Positions 22,791 to 47,720 of a stretch of 64,000 bases of DNA are shown here, one piece after another. Position numbers and translations under genes: made by a program. Positions within the stretch are counted from its first letter, which is position 1. Each line of letters starts with the position of its first letter. Below the pieces are notes generated by a model. The model did not search any database. It was not told where the DNA came from and saw only the letters and a list, made by a program, of their open reading frames with translations. Origin of the DNA: the human T2T-CHM13v2.0 reference genome, Homo sapiens; NCBI RefSeq assembly GCF_009914755.1, contig NC_060945.1. One strand, written 5' to 3'.

Positions 22791-23885
22791 GCCTCCCGCT
22801 CGAGTCTACACTACGGACACCTGGTGCCTCTTGGGTGTCGTGTCCTCCCCGCACCCCTCCTTTAATGCATACACAAAGGAACTGTTTTTCTGTTACGGGA
22901 AAAATGTTCCCTAAATTTTAGAAGTGTGACTCTCCAGAGTTAAATACGGTTAAGAACAGTGAGCTTATGGGAAGTATTGAAATGTTTGTTGGTTGGCTTT
23001 TAGGTGACTTGCAGAGAGGTGTTTCAGACTGTTACGATTTTTGACCTTTGACAGTATTCTGTATTTTCATGCATGTATGCAGTTAGTTTTTTTCTAGTTG
23101 TCTTTCGTGCTTGGAAAGGAAGCACTCTCTGTTGCAAAATCTGGGTGCCCAGGCCACAGTAGACTGTATGTCGTGAGAACTCCTGTTTCCCTCTCACTCT
23201 GTCAGCGGGTGTGCACCTGCTGTGTTCCTTCCTGTTAGATCCCTGAGAAACTGTATATTGAAGGTTGAATTTTGTTGCTTCAGCTTTAGGTGATAGACTT
23301 ATTTCTTTCCTTCCTTTTGCTTTATTTTGTCTCTTCTCCTCTCCTCCTCTCTCTTTTTTTTCTACAGAGACCTAGACGAGATGATAGACTTTTCTTAGGG
23401 AAGTGGACTGTGTCTCATTTAAAATTGGAGACTTGCATAGTTCAGCAGTAGCTGTCTTTTTTCCTCCCCAGAATATTTGTCAGCTGAAAGTCTTTTCCTA
23501 CTCTGCACCTTCAGCCCCAGAGGGCAGATGTGGGTAGAGCTGGTCTGCAGGCCCTGCAATTTCCCAGGGGCTTTCCCAGTGCTCAGGGAAGATGAAGCCA
23601 TGCGCAGTTCATGTTAAGTTTTACTGTCTTCCAGAGGTTGAACATTTTTCTCCTAAAGTGCTGTGCACGTTGTGAATGCTGGATACACATTCATTGCCTG
23701 TACGGACATCCACACATCTAATTTTATCTTCTACCTCCTAGCTTGCTTACATTTCAATAGCAATATGTATTTATAGGCATTATGTAAATACATTTCTGAG
23801 GAGAAAGTTCCTAAGCTCTATTGGATTCAACCATAACTAAAGGGGTAAAGTTTGTTATCTGGTTGCCAGTGTTGGAGATATTTAA

Positions 23886-33737
<9,852 letters not shown>

Positions 33738-33881
33738 TAAGATAAAATACATCATAAGTTCACTCTTTTTGATGAAAACTCAGGGCTGCAGGGTTTTAAT
33801 TAACAGCTCCATCCTCTGTGTTTTCTCTTTTCCACACTGAAAATCCTAATTCTCATGGGTACTTGAGGAGGCTAGAGTTAG

Positions 33882-34056
33882 AGGTTCCCCAGCTCATGCT
33901 GCTTCAGTCACCTGGAGGGCTTGTGGACACACAGATGGCTGGGTCCATTCCCCATTTCTGATTGAACAGGTCTGGGTGGGGCCTGAGAATGAGCATTTCT
34001 AACAAATGCCCAGGTGGTGCTGATGCTGAAGGGCCAGGGGCCACTGAATAGAACAT
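33882..34056. mobile_element. MER5A (hAT-Charlie)
   Basis: tcacctggagggcttgt...ggtctgggtggggcctgagaat..gcatttctaacaa.tgcccaggtg.tgctgatgctg. Confidence 0.8.
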
Positions 34057-35443
34057 CACACGATTGCTCACTTGCTTTCAGTTGCTTTATCCCTCATTAC
34101 ATAGACTCTGAATAACACTATTAACTCCACCATCAACAACAGGACTAGTGAACACAGGTCTAGAACTGTTTTTGACAGTTCTTATTGGCATTTGGATGTA
34201 TCCCATAAGGAATGAACAGTCAAATTACTGTAGTTTTAAAGTTACTTGTCATAGCTCCTCTCTCTGAGATTATACCACTAAATGTATATGTATACATTTA
34301 AGTTCACTTGTTTTATTTTTCCTGATTATTTTTAGGGAAAACCTTGAAAAAATCTAATTGCTTTATAACTATATAAAATATTTACTTCCAAAATTAAATC
34401 TACAAAATGAGGTCTATTTAAAGAAGCCTTGTGTATGTTCTGTCCTCTCCATGCTAACTCCTCCCTTCCTGAGTACTCCATCACAGTTTTTATGGTTTTC
34501 CTTCCACGTGAAAAACATCCAAACATATTTGTATTTCCCTTTCTTAGCTTAGACATTGCCAGCTGCACACACTGTCCCACCTCACTTTCCCCCGGACTCC
34601 ACTCCACGCTAGGAGTATGTTGAGATCATTCTCATTCCATGATGTCGATATTCCGTGGTTTATTCTGCCAGTCCCCTCCTGGTGGAATTTGAGTTGTTTT
34701 GTGTTTTACTGTTTCCAGTAGTTGTGCACAGATAGCCTGTCTGTGGCCTTTCCGACGGGCCTGTTGGGATGGAGCCCTGCAGGGCGGGTTGCTGGGCTGA
34801 GGCAAATGGTTATGTCACTGTGCTGATGCTGCCTCAGCTCCCTCCTGAGTGCTTGCACCATTGGGAAACTGCCTGTAGGCCTCGCTGAGAAGCCAGCCCT
34901 TGAACAAAGCCAGTGGCAAAGGGGAAGTCTGGGGAAAGACCAGTTTGGGAACCCTTCTGTCTAAAGCCTTAAGGCATTGGGGTGCCAGGAACAGGAGTGT
35001 CTCTTTTTAACTTGTAAATACAGTACTGTGGTTCAAACTGCTACAGTAATGCTGTGTTTATTTAAAAAATGTATACACTGTTAAAGGCTGATTCCTCAGT
35101 ATTCTTATATTCAGATGCATTTATCCAGTCTTTTTGTTTTTAAACTCTTGAATTTTAAGTTTGCTCTCTGAGGGCTAGAGAAGGCAACTTGTTTCCTTGA
35201 TTAGAAGAGTTCATTCAACTTCTTAACATTCTTGGCCTGTGTGTTCTTGTCTTTTAAGTTAAAACAGAAAAAGACTGGGACTTTCTGTCTTTTGACTAGT
35301 CTTTACGTGTAGTAGTTCCTTTTCTGCAAATTTCCACAGTAGGAAACTTGATGAACACTAATGTATGGGTTTTCTTTTGACCCCACCTACAGTGGGTAGT
35401 ATTGTCATATGACTGGGTGCTGGGAGAGAGCAGCAGAGGGCAG

Positions 35444-35445
<2 letters not shown>

Positions 35446-35495
<50 letters not shown>
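35446..35495. repeat. (GT)25 microsatellite
   Basis: Direct reading. Confidence 0.97.
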
Positions 35496-35496
<1 letters not shown>

Positions 35497-37359
35497 AGAG
35501 GGAAGGTAGAGACCACAGGAAGGACCTGGAGGAGAGCCAGGCTGAATGGGTATAACGTTAAGCCGGCGATGACATGGCAGGGGGTGTACTGAGTACTTCT
35601 TTAGACTTGGCCTTTAAACTTGGTGGTGCAGAACTGTGGGAGGGTTCATTTGCTTTACTTCTCAAATATGTGCCTTCTAATGAAGGGAGGACAGTGTCTA
35701 TGCTAGAAATGTGGAGTTAGTTGCCTAGTCATCTTAGGGGGTGACTAAACCTTGCTTTCTACCTAGAGAATCTGGATAACATCTGGATCCTTTTTTGTGC
35801 TTTCTCGTTGACCTTCACTCCCTGCCCCCACCCCCGACTGCGAAGGCTTTTCACGGACAGATACTCTGGCAGGAGCACCGGGGAGGCTTCCATACCCATG
35901 ATTATGCATTTGATGTTAGTTTTCACCATGAAAGAGCTCCCAATCTGAAGCATTAATTTTCATTACTGCCTCGACATTATACACGAATTATAGCAAATAC
36001 TTTATGCATTATTGAACAGGCTGAGATGACTTCCCAGTTTGTAATCTCGGATGTTTTTATCGTCCATTTGAAAGCCCGTTTTACCAAAAGCCATTGAAGA
36101 GAAATGAATGTATGGCCTATGGGCAAGCACTTGCATTCCTAGGCTTGAAGACGGTGCCCTCTCTAATCCCGTGTTTTCAAACATGAACTGCCTCATAGTG
36201 GATTGCAGCTTTCTTTTGTTAATAGGCTTAAAGAATTATTATTTCTGCAAAATTTTCTGTAAAGCAAATCTTAGATAAATTATACATTTCCTTTGACTTT
36301 TTTGTTCAAAAATAGAATCATGGAACCTTGCTTGGAGGGCCTTAAAATTAGTTCATCTCTTGTCTAGTCCAGTCACTCCGCTGCTTTTAGTCGCAACTGG
36401 GAGATGACCCAGCCCATGGTTGAGGCCCCCAGCTGTGGGACACTTTCTGTCATTCTTCACCCCCCTCCACCCTCAGGGTCTTCTCTCGTAGGCCACAGCA
36501 TTTCTTGGGTTGAGCTAAATCCATTTCTCTGTCTTTCTCACCCATTAGTGCTCTGGGGCCTACTAAGCCCTACAGAATAAAGCCAGCCTTTGAAAATAAG
36601 ACAGCCCATTAGGTGGCCGAGGACAGTGTCTTGTTAACAGGTTGAAACACTCCACATGTCTCCAACAATTTAAGATAAAGTGAGATGTATTTTATTAGAA
36701 AACTTACTGTTCCTTTTACCAAGATTATGCTAAAGAATTTGAAGAAAAATTGTCCTGTATCAGAGTATCAGCAAATATTCAGACTCCTTATGTCAAGGTT
36801 TTTTTTTCCAACATAAATCTCCAAATAGAAGTATTGACCTTGAAAATATATCATGTCAGGTATTTAGGAAAGCGACAAACTGACTGAACATTCTGTTTTG
36901 CTTAGCCACTCTCTCAGGGTTATAATTTTGTGATCCTTTTATACTTTTGTATGAGTAAGACCATCACGGCTTTGCACGTTCAAGAATTGGTTCAGTAAAA
37001 AACAGATGACAGAAATGTTCACTCTGTCTGCGGAAGGCCTTTTGGAACCCATATTTTCAGCCAACCATTGTTAAAACAACTGCTGCAGAGTAAGTAGTAA
37101 ACTTGTTAGAATTAAGAAGTTGGGAAGGAGCACTGGGCAGTATTGAGTCCTAAGCCAAGCTACCTGGGTTCGAATCCCAGCCTTGGCGCTCATTTGCTTG
37201 ATGTTGGGCCAATTAGGGGAGTTCTTGATGTCTTGGTTTCCATATGAGGGTTCAGGGTGAGTATGCGTGAAGTGCCGGGGGCATAGCAGGCGCACGGTGC
37301 TGTCTGGAGGGACGGTAAACAGGTGGCCCTTCTCTTGACTGTGTTACCTAGCAGCTGTT

Positions 37360-37642
37360 CCATGACCCTAATGTGATGGTTTTGGGAGGTGGGGCCTTTG
37401 GGAGGTGATTAGGTCATGTGGCTGGAGTCCCCACAAAAGGGATTAGTGCCCTTATAAAAAAGGGCCCCAGAGATCTCCCTTGCCCCTTCCCCCACGTGAG
37501 GGCACAGCAAGACCAAGGTACTCAACCTGCTGAAGCCTTGACTCAGACTTACACCCTCCAGAAATGATAAATAAATTTCTGCTGTTTATAAGCCATCCTA
37601 GTTTATTGTATGTTGTTATGGCAGCCTGAACAGAGTAAGACA
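37360..37642 (+). mobile_element. MaLR LTR fragment (MLT1A/MST-like)
   Basis: ggaggtggggcctttgggaggtgattaggtcatg...aataaatttctgctgtttataagcca...gcagcctgaacagagtaagaca. Confidence 0.8.
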
Positions 37643-38630
37643 TTGAATTTATTGAAATGTTACCTGTTACACTAAATCACTGAAGTCATCTTTTTGAATT
37701 CTTTCCCCCATCGTGTTTCTTATTTGCTTTGAACATAAAAGGTTTTAAATTACACAAGTAATGCATGAATACGTGCTTGTAAAAATCTCAGGGAATACAG
37801 TAATAATTCAGGAAATAGCTAAGCCTATGTTAGTAATCTGATTGCATGTAACAGAAAATCCAATTGCAACTGCATAAATAATCCAAAAACTGATTGGTCC
37901 ATGTAATCAGACCCCAGAGCTCTGCCCCGCTTTCCCGGGGATTCTCTGAACTGGGCTTTCCTCAGCCTGGGGGCCCATCCAGCGGCTCCAGGCGGCACCC
38001 TAGAAAGAGTGCCTGTGTCCCTCTGGGTGGCTGCTGCTTGCCATTCCCTCTACATGTCTCTTCCCATCTGGGGACTCCAGTGCCTGCTGTTCAGCCAGGG
38101 TGATGCTGTGCTCCCACAGACTTTAGGGATCCATGGCACCCCAGCTTCCTGACCTGCCGCACCCTCTTATCTCCCTGTCTCCCCAGTGGGCATGAGAGCC
38201 AATGGTGGGTGTGGAGACGCACAGGGATGGGGGTGTATGTAGTGAAGTTGTGTTTTGAATTGCTCTTATAAATTATTTTGATAGATCTCCTCTGTCACCA
38301 AAAAAAGGAGACCTTAGTTATTGGAATAAAAGGCCTGAGTTGTCTCTTAATAAATAGCCTCCTGAGGCAGAACAGTGAACTGGGTGACTTTGTGAACAGG
38401 GTTTCTGAGTGTGGGCACATCAGTCTCAAGCCCCGTTTTGGCTCTTAGGAACCACCCTATTAACAAGCGAGTTCCTGCTGGGTTTCGCTCATGCCTCTGT
38501 TGCCCGTGGGATTAAAATGAAAATTTAGCCTGGAACGTGCTCTGCCTCGCAGTTCAGCCCGCAGAGCTCTAGTGACTTTTCTGCTTAATGGTTGGGTTAG
38601 TTCAGGAAACTACAAAGTCTGTGTTGTTAA

Positions 38631-39006
<376 letters not shown>

Positions 39007-39210
39007 TGCTCTTCACCATCTTTCATGTGCTGGTTCTCCATACCCCATTTTCAAAGGCATCTCTAATTTCATAAGACTTGATGTGAAGATTTAAGAGTTT
39101 ATTAAAATAATGGTTGTATATGCTGAGAAAATGGTGGTGATTTTTCTTCACATTGTTAATGCAGCGCCTCAGTGGGTTAGAATTGGGCCTTCAAATCTAC
39201 GCTGGGGCAC

Positions 39211-39542
39211 TGTCTTGGTGTGCTAGGGCTGCCGCCACAGAGTCACACAGTCTGGGTGGCTTAGCACAAATGCGCTGTGTCACAGCTCTGGAGACCAGGT
39301 CCAGGCAGCCACAGCATGGGCCTTTGTGTCCTCATGGGGCCTTCCTGCGTTCCTTCTGTCTGTGTGACCAAATCTTCTCTTTACACAAGTCAGTTGGATT
39401 AGGGCCCATCCTGAAGACCTCATTTTAACTAAGCTACCTTATCAACTTTGAAGACCTTATCTGCATATGGTTATATTCTGAGGTACTGGATTTTAGGGCT
39501 TCAACAGGTAGGTTTTTGTGGGACACAGTTCAGCCCATAACA
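39211..39542 (-). mobile_element. MaLR LTR (MLT1B/C-like)
   Basis: agggctgcc...ctgggtggcttag...ggattagggcccatcct..gacctcattttaac...cacagttcagcccataaca. Confidence 0.75.
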
Positions 39543-39842
39543 GGTACTGAGGTCAGATGGTCCCAGGTCAAATTCCTACTTAGGTCAGATGACACTTTTG
39601 CCACTGTTGGATGTGCTGATTGACTGGTCATCTTCTAGGTGAACACAGGTTAGAGAGTTAGTCCATGATGGAATGCGAGAGACATTGCTACTTGGTAGTC
39701 TCCATTTAGACGAGTCTTACTGTACGGCAGGGTTCCCAGGGAGAAGAGCTTGGAGCAGGTGTTGGAGGCAGTTCCACTTTTACTCTGTACGGATGTTATT
39801 TGTATACGTATGTGAAGTAACTGTATTGCAAAGATAGAATGT

Positions 39843-39878
39843 GAGAGAGAGAGCGAGAGAGTGTGTGTGTGTGTGTGT
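39843..39878. repeat. (GA)n(GT)n compound microsatellite
   Basis: Direct reading. Confidence 0.9.
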
Positions 39879-40072
39879 TTGTAGTTTTATATAGAAAACC
39901 AAGTGGAAGAGGAGAAAGCGATTCCATTTAGTTGGCTTACTTTCCACTTAGCAAAGAGTAATGATTTTTATACATTAATCTTGGAACTGTTTAACAGGAC
40001 AACAGAAATTGGCAATCAAAGTTAAGAAACCAGAGGCTAACTAAAGATTTTCTTCTTTTCTTTTATTGATGT

Positions 40073-40381
<309 letters not shown>

Positions 40382-41704
40382 TCTTTTATTGATTTCTAAG
40401 ATGACTACCAAATAAATGAACAAGATAAAAAGTGATAAGTTCAAACATACTGTTTTTGTGTTAACAAAATGTAGTAATAGTCCCTTTTTAACCACTATGT
40501 GCCATGCCTTGTTGGAAGTGACTGACGTGTCTTGTCTCATTTAATCCTCACCAGAGCTCCTCTGGCCGAGCTCTTCTCATTTTCCCATTTCCCATGTCCC
40601 CGAGGCACAGGAAGGTTAAATGATCTCCCCAGGTGCAGTCAGCTGGTCAGTGATGGAACTGAGATGGGGACCGGGCAGTGAGGTTACCAGCGCCTTGCCC
40701 ACTCACCGTGCCATCTGCCCGGAAATGTCATTACCCTTCCTCAGTGACTTGACATTATTATATGAGTTTCAGGAGGTTTTTTATTTTTAGGCTTTTGATA
40801 GCAAAATAAGCAGATGTGTTAATGGCACACATCAATTCCCAATGATTTCTTAAAGATCAATATAAAAGCAATTTGGAAAATGGTTTGCTAAAGTAAAGAG
40901 GATCCTCTGAGTATAAGAATTTTAGTCATCTATATTAAAAGGTTCTTTTTTAGCCGAAGTGTAATACAGTTATATCATCATTTTATGAGAACAAAATGGA
41001 TTTTTCATTTCTATTAAAGCAAAGATAAAAGCTGAATTAACACTGAGCGTGCAGCGTAAAGTCGGCCGCAGCTGGATTCCTAACTCGCGTCTGCCACTGT
41101 CAGCTCTGTGCACTGAACACGTTGGCCCTCAAAGCTGACTTTCCTCATCTGTGAATTGGGGTCGTGTTTGTGCCTTTCCTCCCAGGAGTTATGGGGAAGA
41201 CAGAATGAGAGGGTGCCTGGCAGGTGCCTTGTGTAATATTCGCACATGGGGAGCCACCTATAAATTTTAGCTCCTCCTGGCACTTGGTTGAACAGTGAGT
41301 TGATTTTGGTGAAGTTTTGGTTTCTTTTTCTCCATGGATTTTGGGCGTCTGGGAGAAAGTGGAGGCTGTAGAACACAGCAAAGCTGGGTGAGGTGGAGCA
41401 GGCTCCCTCTCCTAAGCTTTGTGTCCTTGGGGCAAGTTCTTCACCTTCTCTGATCCTTGTTTTCCTTGTGGGGAAAATCACACCCACCCCATGGAGGTGT
41501 CACGAGGGTTCAGCTTCATCACATCTGTCCCGTGCTGGGTTTTCCTGAGACGTGTTATGTAGAGGCACAGGTACAGAAGAATCTTGCGATATCGCTTTAC
41601 TAAACATAAAACTACCTAAAAACACCAATTTATTAAGCTCTAGAGCCATTTTGCATGTATTCACCTAAAAATATGGTAACTGAATTTCTTTCTTCCCTTC
41701 ATAG

Positions 41705-41786
41705 GTGCTGGAGATCAGAATTTATTTACCTCTGTTTATCCAACGCTCTCTCAGCAGCTTCCAAGAGAACCAATGGAATGGAGAAG
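41705..41786 (+). CDS. TRAPPC10: TRAPPC10 exon 2
   Basis: Acceptor ttcccttcatAG, 82 nt, donor GTATGA at 41787. In frame with exon 1: (C)AGDQNLFTSVYPTLSQQLPREPMEWR(R). Confidence 0.96.
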
Positions 41787-41935
41787 GTATGAGTTGTGTG
41801 TTTTTTGGCTGTATCCCTCTCTTCATTTTTTAAAATGAAGTACATGTTTTTAAATAAGTATATGTTGTTTAGACATTTATGTGAACAAGTGAAGTAGCAC
41901 AAGTTAAAAGCCTCAGTTCTAAAGAAACAGAATGA

Positions 41936-45420
<3,485 letters not shown>

Positions 45421-45429
45421 TAATTACTT

Positions 45430-46870
45430 TGATAAAAAGTAGAAATTTAAAATTAATTGATTGGATCTAGGAAATGAAAACAATTGAAACAAAGTTTGCC
45501 AGATGCACTAAACAGCTGTATAGCTGAAAAGCAAATTAGTGAGCTGGAAGAATTGAGCTTAGAGACTCGGGAGATCATTGCTAAAAGCAGGAATGGGAGA
45601 GCATGGAGGAAAAGCTGGCCCTGGAGGATAAATCACGGAGCTCCAGGATCCACCTGAGGGGCTTTTCAGAAGGAAAGTGGAGGGAACAGAGGACAGGTGA
45701 CATTTGAAGAATGGCTGTCAAGCTTCTCCCAGAAGGGAGTTGGGATACTGCAGGAGCCTAGTGAATGTCAAGCAGAATGAAGAAAACAAAGCAAACAGAA
45801 AATCATGCCAGGGAATCAGAGAGAAACAGAAGAAGAACCAAGTAGACAGTTTCTAACAGAACCATTTACAGTGCAACATAAAATACATTTACGAGCAGCC
45901 TCCCCACAGTCCTGAGGGAAAGTACCCCAGACCCTAGAATTCTTTATCATTCACAGTGTCATCAAGAGGGAAGACTCTGTCACAGCTTCCCACCCTGAGG
46001 GCCTTGCGTGAGCCACAGGTGCTGAGAGATTTTTCCTCTAGGCCCCCGGCTGGCCGTGTGGGGGCCAGGATGGCCAGGAGTTCTGCCCCATCACTTCTGT
46101 GTGCAGTTCTGTTCCATCACTTCTGTGTACAGAAAGCCATTCCTGTCTACCCCAGAGTCCCATTCACATATGTTCACTGCTTGTCATGATACGGAGATAG
46201 GTGCACTGAAGTGAATACAAATATTTTCAGACATCTATAAGAACAGAAACCTTGCGACCCTCTGAGTAATTAAAGGATGTATCCCAATACGAAGGCAGAT
46301 GAACCCAGGGATCCAGGGTGAAAGCAACGTCTGCCAGCAACATGACATGTTTTGCTGAAGTTAAGGTGTCACTTTTTAAAAAAATTAAAAATCTAAAATT
46401 TCAGATGTGTGTGAAGGAGAACAGAGAGAAGGGGAGATAGACTTTAACTTTAGTCTTTGTAATAAAACCTTAAGTTACGTACTGAGAATTAAAATGCAAC
46501 CAACGGTAGAATAGAGATAGATGATAAGACTTTCAAACCAGCAGAGAGAAAAGATGGAAAAAGAAAACTTGATTAATCTCCCAAAGGACAGGGGAAAACT
46601 AGAGCCGGCAAGTAGAAAATGTACATATTTAAGCATCAGCATAGTCCCATTCATGATGGTTGGTTTTAAGTTATTAAACACAGCACCCTTAGATCGGATG
46701 AAAAACAAAATCCAGCTATAACATTCAGAAGAGACGCAGCTGCTAGAAGTGAGAAGTAAAGGCACGGCACAGAGATCCACGCGGTGTGGTTCACTGTTAG
46801 AAGCATCGTTAGGCCGTCACTGAGAGCCTTGGATGAGATGCAGGGGGCGTGTGGGATTTCTTGATGGGTT
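45430..46870 (+). mobile_element. Highly diverged L1 (L1ME-like) ORF1 to ORF2-start remnant
   Basis: A-rich strand with ORF1-like text (gcaaattagtgagctggaag; ccctagaattctttatc) and an endonuclease-start-like segment near 46640-46760. Confidence 0.55.
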
Positions 46871-47406
46871 CCTTCTTCTTGGGTTGAGAATAAAGTAGAG
46901 GTTTGTCCTGCTATTTTATTTGTGCTCTGCAAACAAAAATATGTTATATTTTCGCCAAATAACTTTGTTTCTTGGATAAAATACAAGTTGTTCCAAAAAT
47001 ACGAATGCAACCCTAAAGCTTTCGTAATTAAAACTGCACTTTGGACATTTGGGACACACTTTTCTTCTTTTATGGTGACATAATTATAGATTCCGTTACA
47101 CTGAAACCCACCGTCGAGTCTGTAGTGGCCCTGGTTAAATGCAGTACTTGGAAGAATGTATTCCTGTGCCTGTATCCTTGAGGAAAATGAAAGATTTTGT
47201 GGAAATGGAGCTTTGACCTGTACACGTGAACTGTGTTTAAAATAATTCCTAGAATGTTTCTGAGCAGAATAGCGTAGTTATGATTTGGGGTTAATATATG
47301 TGCTCTGAACTCATGCATACCATTACATTATTTGTTGTTCTATTTCCCCTCTTCTGATGAATGCTGTTTAGTTGTTTTCTCAGTGACTTCAAACAATTGT
47401 TTACAG

Positions 47407-47542
47407 GTCCTATGGCCGGGCTCCGAAGATGATTCACCTAGAGTCTAACTTTGTTCAATTCAAAGAGGAGCTGCTGCCCAAAGAAGGAAACAAAGCTCTG
47501 CTCACGTTTCCCTTCCTCCATATTTACTGGACAGAGTGCTGT
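47407..47542 (+). CDS. TRAPPC10: TRAPPC10 exon 3
   Basis: Acceptor tttacAG, 136 nt, donor GTGAGT at 47543. Continues the frame: SYGRAPKMIHLESNFVQFKEELLPKEGNKALLTFPFLHIYWTECC. Confidence 0.96.
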
Positions 47543-47720
47543 GTGAGTACCAGCAGGGGAAGAGGATGCGCGGTGGGATGGGGTTGGAGATGCGTGGAGA
47601 GTGCTGTGTGAGTACCAGTGGGGGAAGAGGACGCGTGGTGGGGTGGAGTTGGAGATGCGTGGAGAGTGCTGTGTGAGTACCAGTGGGGGAAGAGGACGCG
47701 CGGTGGGATGGGGTTGGAAA
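47533..47720. repeat. 65-bp tandem repeat (about 2.9 copies) spanning the exon 3 donor
   Basis: Unit agagtgctgtgtgagtaccag(c/t)(a/g)ggggaagagga(t/c)gcg(c/t)ggtggg(a/g)tgg(g/a)gttggagatgcgtgg starts at 47533, 47598 and 47663. Confidence 0.97.

Larger units (their letters stand above)
21385..22810. promoter_or_regulatory. TRAPPC10: CpG island, TATA-less promoter and 5' UTR of TRAPPC10
   Basis: Very GC- and CpG-dense block spanning the start codon. ETS/GABP motifs ACTTCCG 21859-21865, CCGGAAAT 21914-21921 and CCGGAAGTG 21943-21951. YY1-like AAGATGG near 21783, plus GC boxes. TSS inferred near 21900-21960. Confidence 0.9.

Noticed and set aside
21234-22914. Long GC-rich ORFs on both strands, including the 175-aa extension of exon 1
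   Set aside because: Stop-codon scarcity in a CpG island. The real frame leaves at the GTGAGT donor at 22185.
46081-46132. 26-bp tandem duplication, and small duplications inside Alus (about 24080, 33530, 50275) and TGTACTGA x3 at 58593-58619
   Set aside because: Ordinary slippage microduplications with no evident function.
47533-47720. 65-bp repeat as a CRISPR-like or RNA-gene array
   Set aside because: No spacers and a eukaryotic intron context. It is a simple tandem duplication, kept only for its splicing relevance.
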